From the NCBI RefSeq assembly GCF_001194135.2, contig NC_068983.1, positions 128,149,075-128,211,682 of the forward strand: DNA of 62,608 nucleotides, in the 5' to 3' direction. Below, piece after piece: positions 28,020-40,193 of this stretch (its first letter is position 1; each line of letters opens with the position of its first letter). The translations under genes and the position numbers were made by a program. Origin of the DNA: Octopus bimaculoides. Its lineage: Eukaryota. The notes beneath the pieces are model-generated. The model ran no database searches. It saw nothing but the letters and a program-made list of their open reading frames with translations, and was not told where the DNA came from.

Positions 28020-28960
28020 TTGGAAATTTAGATCGTTGAGACCGAAGTCTGGAGAGAAGGAAATTTATTACTGCTCTACACGGAAACTGAATCCCAGGAG
28101 GCCTCTCTGGAAGGCCAACCCGAAAAGAAACAGATGCTGAAAGGAACGACAGCCGAGCCGAAGTATCGCAAAACAGTGTGTCATAACCGAGTACTATATA
28201 TCATAAGCGTTCAGCAAAATGGTCAGCGAGGCGTTGGCAATTTTGGAGAGGGGACAAAAGCTGGAGATGCAGTAAATGAGCTTACTGGACGTACAACTGA
28301 AAGAATTAGTCACAGGAAGGAGCGGTGGTGTGTTCTAGAGAAGACAGTGGTGTTAGAGAGGAAAGGGGAGGCGTGACAACGACGGCGAGTGCAAAAGAAG
28401 GAGCCAGAGTGGCTACCGAGAGTAGGGATAAAGCTACGGAATAGCAAGTTGCGTAGATTACGAGCGCGTTTGTAGGAAAGAAGAGGTGGAACGGAAAAGT
28501 TGTGGGAGGTGGCGGGGTCGGCTTGAAGTGGGTTGAAATTGCATAAATTAGTGTGTTTGTGGGTTAGAGTCGATGGAATATTGACCACAGAGAAAAGTAG
28601 GTGGGTACGTTTTGGAGATACACAAAGCGAGAGAACAGAGCTGTGATCAACAGAGCTGTGATCAACAGAGCGACTGCGGCCGATGGTGGCTTAGATAACA
28701 ATGAAATGAGTAATCTCCATGGGTGAAATGGTGGTCCATGGGTTACGGCTGTCTCGAAGTTATGATCCTCACTGGAGCCTACAGAAACGGTGGGACACAG
28801 AGTAAATGATGCACACTCTGATGCAGGTGTAGTGCGATGAGATGATATTTATGTCGGAGAGAGAGTCTGTAGGCGTGTAGTTCATGTAAACAGCGAAGGG
28901 CTGGGAAACAACTACAAGAAACAGGGTATCTTTGTGTTTGTATTCATCCTCCACCGCCGT
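28020..28960 (-). mobile_element. Penelope-like retroelement remnant (RT C-terminus, Cys linker, GIY-YIG endonuclease)
   Basis: PPLLSYKRARNLRNLL.RS...GSFFCTRRRC, then FSCTSSKLIYCIS, RLADHFAE and EQ..I...FGLN across frameshifts, in the order expected for a PLE ORF end. Confidence 0.8.
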
Positions 28961-28974
28961 GTGACAACTGAAGT

Positions 28975-29130
28975 TGTTTTAACATCCCCGTAACATAACT
29001 GTTCGCCAAAATAGATCGATAGGATAAGTACGACAAAATAAATTCCAGGAGTCAATTCGTTCGACTAAATTTCTTCTAGACAGTGTCCCAGCATGACCGT
29101 AGTCTAACGACTGAAACACGTAAAATAAAT
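28975..29130 (+). mobile_element. SINE family C tail fragment
   Basis: gttcgccaaaatagatcgataggataagtac...cgttcgactaaa...cagcatgaccgtagtctaacgactgaaac. Confidence 0.65.
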
Positions 29131-30249
29131 AAATATATATATATATATATATTTTATCGTTTGAAAACTCAGAAGCCTAAACATTAGTGTAACTATGTTA
29201 TAAGTTCCAGCATCTAATAAAATAAACTCACTCTATGTATTCTATCCGTTTGTAAACGTAAACATTCATCAATCCATGTTTAATTAACTAAACTACTGTA
29301 CTGATTCGTTGTAAATTATTCATATATATCTTTTCTAGCCTCCAACGTGTATTAAAGTCGATGAATGAAATTTCCTGCAGAAAATTTTAATGTTATACAG
29401 GATTTTCAGACATGTAATAATGGAGATTACATGAGTGTAACTTTAGGTTGGAATATTCTTCTGACCAATTGTTATTAAGGGAATGTTACCAGAAGCAATG
29501 TCAGAGTTTTGTAATAAAATTTTCAGGATTTAAAAAAATAAAATGTTTAAGACGCTTTTCTGTAATTAACAACAAATTTCAGCCAGAATCTGAGAAATAG
29601 CTTTGTATAGAAAATTACATTTTTTTCTTTAGACTTTCAATTAATTTAATGATTTTTTCCATGAAATTAATTATATATAATTTTTGTTGGACTTTTATGT
29701 GGCTCTACATAACTTTAATCAACAGAATTTTCGATTTTTCGTTGCTCTGTTCAATGCATTTATGAGAAAACATAAAAGCACTGCAAAATTGTACTGCTGG
29801 GATAATTATATATTTGTATGCATAATAAATAAGTGTGTATAGTAATTAGCTTAACTGATGTTGCTAATGTTTGCCATATTAACATGTCCAGCAGACAGAT
29901 ATTCTTAACCATTATATGAAGAATAATTGAAACACGAATACAGAACGAATAGCGTCTAATTTCTTGATGTTTTTCTTTCATAAACTGTTTCTCAATTTTG
30001 CATCGTAGACGATAATGAAGGGATCTGTATCAAATATTTTACGAAAACAACTGTTTTTCAATGTGGTGTTATCAATTAGAATAAATAGAATGATGTAGGT
30101 AATTTAAAGTTCTATATTCGAGACAATAGTTTTCACAAAGACAAACAAATTCTGGACGATATCCAAGAAATAATTAAAGCATTCTTAAGCAATTTTCTAC
30201 TCACAGCAACCCTACAACCACTCACCTACAGACACGCCTTTTATCCTTT

Positions 30250-31100
30250 TCTGTGTCTCTTTACTGCTACAATCTTTTCATATCATTTGTGACTTGAAAA
30301 TTATGTTCTATTAGAGACCCATTCTATCTGCTCACCAATTTTCATTTTATTATTGATATAACTAACAGAAACATTCATTCCCAATCAATTCACGCATTTT
30401 TCTTCCATATAACATCGTCCATTTCAGTCATCTTTCAACTACAAAGCTAGATTAGACGAGGTCTAGTCCTAAGGAAGCTCAACGTGATAGAAATAACAAC
30501 GAAGTCTCTCTCGAAGTACGTCTTACAATGTTAAAAATGAGATAAGGCTTCTGGGATTACATAATAGAAAATACATAATACATGAGAAAAGAGATGTCAT
30601 GGTTGTAAAATCTTTGATAGTATGGCTACCCCAAAGGAATTTCGCCAAAAACAAGAAAATTACGAACCAGTTAAAAAGCCACTACGTATTTATTTGATAT
30701 TCTGTATATAATTTTCAACTACAATAATCACGTATCAGATTAATTTCATTAGTTATGGTACTGCCAGTGCAGTTGAAGTGGGGGAGCCAGTTTTTCCGCC
30801 AATCAATCGATTTTCTTGGGAGAAGGGTGACTGAGTACCCAGTATTGGCTAAAGACAAAACCTGTCAAAGGACAGATGAGCCCTTTAGGCCAATGGCATT
30901 CCACCTGGGGAAAGTGATGGCAAACCAACACAATATCTCTTTCAAAAAAACATCATGCGAATGTCGGAACAAAGTGACGCAATGGCTTCATCCAAAGCGA
31001 CAACTGGCACTTAATCTAGAAGCCTTTTTTTGTAGTGCCATCAACGAGCTGCAAGCGTAGCGGTACATAATGACGACGACCGCCTTTGCACAATAGCATA
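30250..31100 (-). mobile_element. Highly decayed RTE-like LINE RT fragment
   Basis: Minus frames give IRMMFFERDIVL (eroded LFADD), HFNCTGSTI (eroded F.YLGS.I) and RERLRCYFYHV (eroded RRLRW.GHV). Confidence 0.4.
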
Positions 31101-32188
31101 TAATTATTCGTCAGGTCACATTTACCATATCGTCTTATAGAATAAGAACACATTGAATAATATAGTACTAAATGCGCAACGTCTAAAATTAACATAGAAA
31201 TGTCTTTCATCAGAGATTGCTTCTGTCAATGCAGACTTGGTGTAAAACAGTAACAATAACACGCTAGCCTAGATTTCCAAAATTCTTCAGAATCGACACA
31301 ACTAATCGAATGACTGAAAATAAAATTGCTTTAAACCTCTGGGAATGTGTAACTACACAATCTTCCAACACATATAAAACAACATCATTACCATTCTTTT
31401 CGCCACTTGGATACCAATCGAGATAATTTATTCAGACCAGTTTCCATAAAACGTCAATCTTCCGGATTTTTCTTCCCCTCCCTAACTTCAGACTTTGAAG
31501 ATATACATCAAACGCATTAAACTGACTACCCGAGAAAAGCTAGTAAATACCTCGGGCCGCCTACTCCTGAATAATCTCTTTCTCCAACTAAATTACAGAA
31601 CAAATCTTGTGATAATAGCAGTAATGTGAAGACTAATGTAGATATTTTTTTTACATGATATTGAAACACTTATCACTTAGAAACCTCTTTATAACTCTAC
31701 TTCTTGCTACAGTGTTCGAACACGTCTGTATAGTTCCCTGGACTCTTAGCAAATGTAATTGGCAAAATCATTAGCCATTGTTCTTTCGATCCGTACATAT
31801 TCGATTAAATGTATAAAATTAGAAACGTATCAGTTAGTTGATATTTTAAATATAATAGCAAACATAGAAATAGTGATTAGCTTTCGCAACGATATGAGGG
31901 AAGTGGTGAAATAGTTCCCAGTGGGGATGGAGATAGCAAACTTGCGGATGTTCAGCCCATCAAGTTCTAGCGCAATGCTTATCGCTGAAATTATTATTGA
32001 TTCACGACTCCAGGGAAAAATGAAGAACATATTTTCAGTAGATTATAAAAAATTGTCACTTTTCGGCCCCTTCGGAAAACATAAGGAAACTTGTAATATG
32101 TACAGTATGTATGTATGACTTCACTAATTTATTTATCTATATAATTTTATTTTATTATAACATTATCATTACAGATATACTTATATTA

Positions 32189-32241
<53 letters not shown>

Positions 32242-32792
32242 TGAGACAGCAATGCACGCCATCAAAATGACAATGGTGTAAAATATACGAAACCCAATAT
32301 ACCCATTATGACTACCCATCTGATAAGGGTACAAGAGGCACTTAAAGCACAACCATATTTGTGCGAGCGATATGGTGACTTTATGTTAAGATAAACAGCG
32401 CCTGACTTTGCAGGTGGGGCCCAATTAGAATTCCTTCAAGTTGAGTAGACGATCCCACTCAAAACGTCTCTGAATGAGGGCTGATTAAGGATATTGAAAA
32501 GAAACACCCATATTTCCAAAGGTGAATTATACAAGACTCTAACAATTCCTCTCAACACACGGCTTTGATGCTCCGCCCCTACTACTCCTGCTCGTGATCA
32601 GAGATGCACATATTGACTTCTGATATTTTTCCCAAGGACCCAACAATAATTGGTACTATCTTCACCTTCTTCTTTACTACAGTCGAGATATTTTTCATTT
32701 TAGAGGATTGTGTGTCTACATTTTCGCATTCCTTCTTGACTATTCGTTAGACAAAGGGGTACGCAGCCTCAGTTATAGAGCACATTATTATT

Positions 32793-33170
32793 AAGGCGGT
32801 GAGCTGCAAGAAACGTTACCACGCCGGCAAAAACTGCTAAGCGGAATTTCTTCCGACTTTACGTTCTGAGTTCAAATGCTGCCGGGAACGATAAAAGAAG
32901 TAATAATCGATAAAAGAATTAATAGTCGAGTCAATGTAATCGACTCATCCCGAAATTGATGGCTTTCTGCTACAATTTGAAATCATCACCAAAATAAAGG
33001 CGATGTGCAGGCAACATACTTCGTACACTGGACAAAATGATTGGCGGCACGTCATTCATATTTACATTCTTAGCTCACATTCACTTAAAGTCGACTTTGC
33101 CTTTCAAAATGACGGTGTCGATGAAGTATCAGCTGATCACCGGCGTTGATGTAAAAGATTAACCCTTCTA
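32793..33170 (+). mobile_element. Two tandem degenerate SINE family A copies
   Basis: aaggcggtgagctg at 32793 and aaggcgatgtgcaggc at about 32997, each followed by family body motifs. Confidence 0.6.
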
Positions 33171-33510
33171 ACATGCTTTCTATTCTAGTACCTATAGCAG
33201 AAAGTATTAGTACTATAAGCAGTAATAGTAATAGATTTATATTTATTACGTGCTTTCAACGCATTTTTGATGGCAGATCTGTAGGCCCTGAGTGTATACC
33301 GTGCTTTATATATGTTTTTGTTTTGTATTTTCTATACTTTTCACAGTATCAGTTGGTAGGCAATTACCAGTAGTTTTATTTTGTGTATGTTGCACATATT
33401 TGTAAATTTTTCAATTTCAATTATGTATTTCCTTGTATGAGATTGGGATAACATCCAATGTTTCTCTTAATAAAGCAGCAATCCCATGAATGCAAGTCAA
33501 CAAACCAGCC

Positions 33511-33561
<51 letters not shown>

Positions 33562-34260
33562 GTCATTCTATCATCTGTAATATCCAGATTTTAGGGATGG
33601 TAAACGTGATGAAATATTATATTTTAATCGTGAATATTGTGTACATGTTTGTCTAAGACATTTTTTCATCTACTCGTATGCTTTTTAGTCCCATAAGTAA
33701 AAAACATTTTCGGTTTCGAAGTTTGCTGAAAGATTTAGAGCTACCACATTAGATAGAACAATCTTTTGTTTAATGGAATATGAACATTTGCAATCGAGTA
33801 AAGCGCGAATACGCAGTGCGTGTATTTACTTGGAAAACAAAAAAATGGCCAACCTGAAGTACAACAACACACACATGCATTCATCTTTGCACAGTTTTAT
33901 CCATGCCCTCGTATGATATTTAATGCGTTTTGCTAAAGATTTTGTGTCTTAAGTTATTTCTTACTTCATATTACCTTTTCTTGTCCATTCCTCCTCCATT
34001 ATCTTTTTCTAAGTCATTATTGCTTCTTTGAAGATCCGGTCTGTATGTTGTTCTGATATATAAACTCTATTCGTCCCTAGTTTTGTCGGTCTCTAGTATT
34101 TTCTTTTTTTTTAGAGAGAGAAAGATCAATATTATTTCCGCCTTAGCAATATTAATTTCTTATATATTAAGTGATCCATTAATGATGCAATCGACATATT
34201 GCCTCCCCCGAAATTTCTGGCCTTGTACAAAATTTGAAGTAATTATTTTCTTAGCTCTAC

Positions 34261-34462
34261 AAGGCAGCGAACAGGCAGTTAAAAATGCTTAGTGACATTT
34301 TGTCTGTGTTTATGTTCCGAGTTCAAATTCCGCCGCGACTGACTGTGCCTTTCGTCTTTTAGTGTTGATTAAATAAGTACCAGCTGAGCACTGTGGTTGA
34401 TGTTATCGACTTATCTTTTCCCTCGGAATTGCCGACCTTGTACCAAATTTCGAAATCAATAT
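34261..34462 (+). mobile_element. SINE family A copy
   Basis: aaggcagcga...gagttcaaattccgccgcg...taagtaccag...gtaccaaatttcgaaatc. Confidence 0.75.
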
Positions 34463-35594
34463 GTCTTTACTTGTAACTCTTTGTATATTTTAGCACTGCT
34501 GAATGTCATATACAATCTTTTGGGGTAATTTTTCCCTATAACCGTGTAATAAATTTTCTATGTAAAAATCGTTTTGTATATAATTATGCCACGTTCTATC
34601 TTCGCGGTGGAGCAATGCGCAGAAGAAATATGAAAAGCACTGTAGTACTATCATCTGGTTTTAGGCTTTAAATTGATTGTGTTAAGTTACTTGCGAACAT
34701 TTTTGCTATTTGATTCAAATACTTTATTCCCCTGAAAGATGAGTTCACTTTTTCCAAAGTGGTGTTTTTTTCCTGCATGCTTTTATTGAAATGGTTTATA
34801 GATTTATAGAAACCTTTCTTTCCCTTCCAGAATGTTTTCTTCTTATTTTTATCAATCTTATATTAGCCTTTGCAAAAGGAAGCCTCTTTTTTATACTAAA
34901 ACTTTCCAATTTGGCTAAAATATATCATTTCGTTCCTTTTCTTCTTTACAATATTCAATGCACATTCTCTCCGCTTCGTTTATTTTGTTGGTCTTTCTTA
35001 TTCTCATTTTTTTTTTATTTTTCATCTTAAGAACAATTATTTGCTCCTTTGTTGACTAATGACAAATGAGACTGTTGTATTTTTAAATTTTATGTAACAT
35101 TTCTTCCGACATATTTCAATAAGATTTCTTTAACGAGCATCTGACTACATTAAGATCAAACCAGGTGACCCTTGCTTAGATTTGATCACTCGGCATATTG
35201 ATATTTGGATAGATTTTGTCTGTGGACAGAGTTTCTTACAAGGTCTTTATATTCTTTTCAGTTTTTGTGTGGAATTGCGTTTCATGTATAGTGTGGGGAA
35301 GAATGTATATTCTGTTTACTCCGAAAGGGACTTTCAGGATATTTCTTCTTTTAGTGTTGCTCATTTTTCTCTCTGGGTATATAATCTTATTTTGTTGTAC
35401 TCACCAGGTCCGACGTATGACTTAATGAAATTCTCTTCGGCTACAAGCACGAACATTGACATATTGCCAGAGCCAGTATATATAAAATTACATTTTTTAA
35501 TATATCTTACTTTGTTGAAGACAGCCCAGTAACGTGCGATTTGATGAGAATTTGGCTGGTATTCCTTTCTCGCAAACCGATTGACCATTTAGAG

Positions 35595-35839
35595 CAGTAG
35601 TTCTGAACCGGAGTCCATCAGTTCCTTAGGGGACCATAATAAGATTTTGTCGTTAAAATTTATTTGCTTGTACTTCTACAATATACGAAATATTTTAATT
35701 TTATTAATTCAATTCCTAATGATATTTAATTATAAAAATAAAATAAGATTTTTTATATACATCGAATGACTGCGAAGGTCCAGTACAGTAAAATAGAAAT
35801 TGAAGGGTTCCATAGGCAAGAAATGATCGAGAACCACTA
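35595..35839 (+). mobile_element. hAT-type MITE
   Basis: TIRs cagtagttctgaacc and gagaaccacta; 8-bp flanks atttagag and attcagag (7/8 TSD). Confidence 0.75.
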
Positions 35840-36520
35840 ATTCAGAGTTTTAAACTCTTTGTCATTTATTTTGAGTGGCGTTTTCGGTTGTGATGCATTC
35901 ATTAGTTTGTTGATAATTATATGTTAAGTGTCGAGTTGCGCTTATTCTTTTGTATGAGGTTTTTTTTTCTGTTCTGTGATAGATAATTTTAAAGTTTATA
36001 ATCAGATTCCTTACTTATATTGATTTATGCCTACATTTTGTCTTATATCTTCGATTTTCTTCTCAGTAACGGGTTCATCATTTCATAATGCCCATCTAAG
36101 TTGAATGAAATAGCATGATTTAATGTGCGCCTAGCACTAACTTGTATTGCTCTTTTGTTTATAATTCCTGCGTAGTTCTAATTGTAGAATTTCATCATTC
36201 TATGAGCGATAAAATACCGCTCTGGTAAATATTAGTGCAACTGTCCTCAAATCATAAGCGTGTTATACTGGTATTGCTATCTAATTCCAAATCAGCTCTG
36301 AAGGAGCAGAGCCATGATTGATTTCATTCCAGTCCTGGCCTTCAAACTTTCATGTACAATATGTCTACTATATTGAAATTATTTCCAGTCTATATTTTCC
36401 ACCGTCTTTCCACATTTTTAAGAGAGTGGAATATGAGTTCAAGACGTGACCGCTATATATAATAATATAACATATATTAAATATGGCACTTTAATATATT
36501 TTCGTATTTCTGTTTTACAG

Positions 36521-36725
36521 GTTTGGAGTGATGTCACATCTTTGACATTCAAACAGTTGGCTATCAGGAATACAGATATCGATGTATTGTTTGCGGCTCA
36601 TGAACACGGGGATCGTCATCCGTTCGATGGAATCGGAGGAACGTTAGCTCACGCTTTCTTTCCTGAGTTTGGTGGTGACGCACATTTTGATGATTCCGAA
36701 CCTTGGTCTGTTGACAGTTGGAAAG
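36521..36725 (+). CDS. Matrix metalloproteinase (M10A, Mmp1-like), catalytic-domain exon VWSDV...HGDRHPFDGIGGTLAHAFFPEFGGDAHFDDSEPWSVDSWK(G)
   Basis: Acceptor tgttttacag ends at 36520 and donor gtaac starts at 36726; 205 nt, phase 0 in and phase 1 out. Contains the structural Zn/Ca motifs HGD.HPFDG and LAHAF...GDAHFDD.E.W typical of MMPs. Confidence 0.97.
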
Positions 36726-37618
36726 GTAACAATAGCTTTCCATTTTTGTCTTTTCGATCATTCTTCAATATTTTCTAACGATTATATTTTTCAAGGGATA
36801 TTTTAAGCGTAATATACTTTAACACAGCTATTAAGACATAACGTTTTTCAAACAATATATCGTTATGGTAATATTCTTAACATAACGAGGCATTTCTTGG
36901 AAGTATCTTTCAAAATATTTCTATATAGAACTGTTTTGTATTTTAGCACCATATTTTTAATGTATGTTAACATAGCAATATTGCTTTAATCTAACAATTT
37001 TAACATATTTCAAAAACTGTTTAACATTTTTAACAACACATATCGTAATGCAAATTTAGAGTAATATAATGATTTTTTTAGCTCTTGGTATATTTTAACA
37101 TATGTTAACCGAATAGTTTTAATATTTTTACCATAATAATTTCAGCAAAGTAATACAATTTTAACATACTTTAATATACTAAGCTTAAACTAATATTTGT
37201 AAGATGAATTTGGCAATATATCTTCTACACTTTTAACAAAATTTTAATAAAATACTTCGAAAATTATAACAATTTCTTCCGTACGTTTTTAGCAAGGTAC
37301 TATTAAATTAATGTTAACATAACATTCTATTTTTAAAATAGTTTTAACGCACTGCTACCTTATAATAATGCAGGGAAATGGTTATTTAAATTATTATTTA
37401 ATGTAATATTTGCAACATGGTACTTTTAAAAAGACGGCATTTTCCATATAAGTTTTTCAACAAATTTGCATTATTATTTTAGCAAATTATATTTCAAAAG
37501 ATTTAGAAATTTAATAAATTCGTTACCCATATTATATTTGGTAAATTTTACGTTAAATTAGACCAACTGATATAGGCACATATAGATACAGCTACTGACA
37601 AACTGCTACCCATGTTTT

Positions 37619-37680
<62 letters not shown>

Positions 37681-37684
<4 letters not shown>

Positions 37685-38630
37685 GAAAAGGTGTATAAAC
37701 AAACGACGTAACGTATACTGAATGTAAAAACGAACGGGAGACAAACAGAAAGTTCATAATTCTTTTATCAGTTATCGACTAATGGTACTGTTCAGTTTCA
37801 CACCTTTAACGATAAGATTGAGTGCTTCTCAATTGGTGGTGCCCGCAAAACATATTTTCTTGTGTAGAATTGGGACAAGAGCAGAACAAAACAAACAAAA
37901 TGACACAGAGTGTGATTTAGAACAGTGGTCGATGACAAACAGTCGAACAGAATACGGCCTTTGAGGCAGGGAGACGAGAATAGTGGGTTACGTTTCGAAC
38001 GTTTTGAAGGATGGAGAACGGAGAGACAGAACCTGCGACTGGTCAGCTTAGGGACCATTCTAAGAAAGGAAGAAAAAGAGAAACTGGCCGCTGGTCACAT
38101 GACAGCAGCAGGCAGAGGAGAATGACAGAAGGGAGAGGGAGAGAGAGGAGGAAGTAGAAATGTTAGGAATATAAGATGGAGAGAGAGGAGGAAGTAGAAA
38201 TGCAAGGAATATAAGAGGGTGAGAGAGAAGAACTAGGCAGAAAGGCTAGAATAGAAGTGAAAAGGTGAGAGAAAGTAAAGGTGAAAGAATGAAGGCAAAA
38301 GAGAGATAGAGAGATAGAGAATCACATGGATATATAAAAACAAACTTGTTAACATAAATACTGTGTGTGTTGCATTGCATTACTTGACAAATGAAAAGTT
38401 GTATAAACAAACGATGTAACGTATGCTGAATGTAATAACGAACGGGAGACGAATTGAAAGTCCATAATTCTTCATCAGATATCGACCAATGGTACTGTTC
38501 AGTTTCGCACCTTTGAAGATAAGACTGAGTACTTCCCAATCGGCGGTGCCCGCAAAGGAAACAGTTTTCTTGCGTTGAATTTGGAACAAGAGCTAAACAG
38601 AACAAGCAAAACGACACAGAGTGTGATTTA
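37681..38630. repeat. Direct repeat pair of ~240 bp (37681-37919 and 38389-38630) around a purine-rich interior
   Basis: aaatgaaaag...gacacagagtgtgattta is present twice, roughly 85% identical by eye; the interior has a 40-bp tandem duplication at about 38140-38218. Confidence 0.9.
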
Positions 38631-38775
38631 TGACAGTAAAATTGGTGGATAATTGATGAAGAATTATGGACTTTCTGTTTATCTTCCGTTCGGTTTTACA
38701 TTCAGTATACTTTACGTCGTTTGTCTATATATTTTTCAATTATAATCATCAAGTAATGGAACGCAACACACACCG

Positions 38776-38806
<31 letters not shown>

Positions 38807-39476
38807 TTAGGGAAAATAACCAATTATCAAGAACTCATCGATGAAAATCCACTATCACATATAGAAAAATTAATAATTAAAAGCACAATNNNNNNNNNNN
38901 NNNNNNNNNNNNNNNNNNNNNNNNNNNNNNNNNNNNNNNNNNNNNNNNNNNNNNNNNNNNNNNNNNNNNNNNNNNNNNNNNNNNNNNNNNNNNNNNNNNN
39001 NNNNNNNNNNNNNNNNNNNNNNNNNNNNNNNNNNNNNNNNNNNNNNNNNNNNNNNNNNNNNNNNNNNNNNNNNNNNNNNNNNNNNNNNNNNNNNNNNNNN
39101 NNNNNNNNNNNNNNNNNNNNNNNNNNNNNNNNNNNNNNNNNNNNNNNNNNNNNNNNNNNNNNNNNNNNNNNNNNNNNNNNNNNNNNNNNNNNNNNNNNNN
39201 NNNNNNNNNNNNNNNNNNNNNNNNNNNNNNNNNNNNNNNNNNNNNNNNNNNNNNNNNNNNNNNNNNNNNNNNNNNNNNNNNNNNNNNNNNNNNNNNNNNN
39301 NNNNNNNNNNNNNNNNNNNNNNNNNNNNNNNNNNNNNNNNNNNNNNNNNNNNNNNNNNNNNNNNNNNNATAATATAGATTTAATCAAAAGATTAAATTTG
39401 GTACTGAAAAAGTATGAGGCACCAGAATTTGGTAGGGTGAAAACCATAAACAAAGTCAAGAGATTTGGTGAATAAA

Positions 39477-39762
39477 ATTTGAAGAAAAGCAACAAAAATT
39501 CAATAGGTTGTAGCAGTACGTACGTTTCGTACAAACTCCATGTAGTGAGAATACTACATAAAATGTGCAATGAAAATATACTCCTCAGCTGCATAATGGA
39601 ATTTCATTATAGAAAGTCATTTTGTAGATGTGTGCAAAAACAAGAGTAGGAGAAGAAGAAAATACCATGTTGACTGGGCTGCCATTCAACAATGTAGTCT
39701 GTTGAATGGCAGCCCAGTCAACATGGTATAACCTATTGAATTTTTGTTGTTTTTCTTCAAAT
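39477..39762. repeat. Asymmetric fold-back: outer arms 39477-39512/39727-39762, perfect 29-bp inner hairpin 39663-39728, ribozyme-bearing segment 39513-39662 in one arm only
   Basis: Direct reverse-complement comparison of the arms. Confidence 0.9.
39513..39592 (-). ncRNA. Type I hammerhead ribozyme motif
   Basis: Minus strand reads GCAG-CTGAGGA-GTATA-[43 nt]-TGTAC-GAAAC-GTAC-GTA-CTGC. Stem I 4 bp, stem II 5 bp, palindromic stem III ACGTACGT, GUA triplet. Confidence 0.82.
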
Positions 39763-40193
39763 AGATAGATAGATAAATAGATATATTTGTCAGTATGTAT
39801 GTAAGGTGCTGGTGTTGACCACTACCACGAACGATATCATGTGGTTTCTTAAGCTTTGTTGACATTTTAATTCGGCTATGAACCCTTTTGTGGGATGGTC
39901 GTAGATGGACGTCTAGTCAGTGGTCCAATTTACATAGCGTCAACGGAGTGGATATATAAACGGAGCAAATTTAACTATTTCTTGTTGATTCAAAAAGCGA
40001 TTAATAAACTCAATCGAATTGTTAACCTAATTGGGTTTATATCAGAGATGTCCACATGAATTAGACTAACCCCAGAGAAAGAAACATCCAATATATATTG
40101 ATATATACACACACACATATATATATACTCTTTACTATTTTACTTGTTTCAGTCTTTTGACTGCTGGAGCACCGCCTTAAATAAAATGTTATC

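Noticed and set aside
28634-28672. 15-bp unit repeated about 2.5 times (aacagagctgtgatc), checked as CRISPR-like
   Set aside because: Head-to-tail tandem with no spacers, inside a retroelement remnant in eukaryotic DNA.
33593-33909. Possible TAGGG-ended hAT/Tip100-type MITE
   Set aside because: The terminal match is short and imperfect, and no TSD was found.
38806-39475. Possible PLE/LINE ORF pieces flanking the gap (NYQELIDENPLSHIEK)
   Set aside because: Too short and gap-interrupted to assign.
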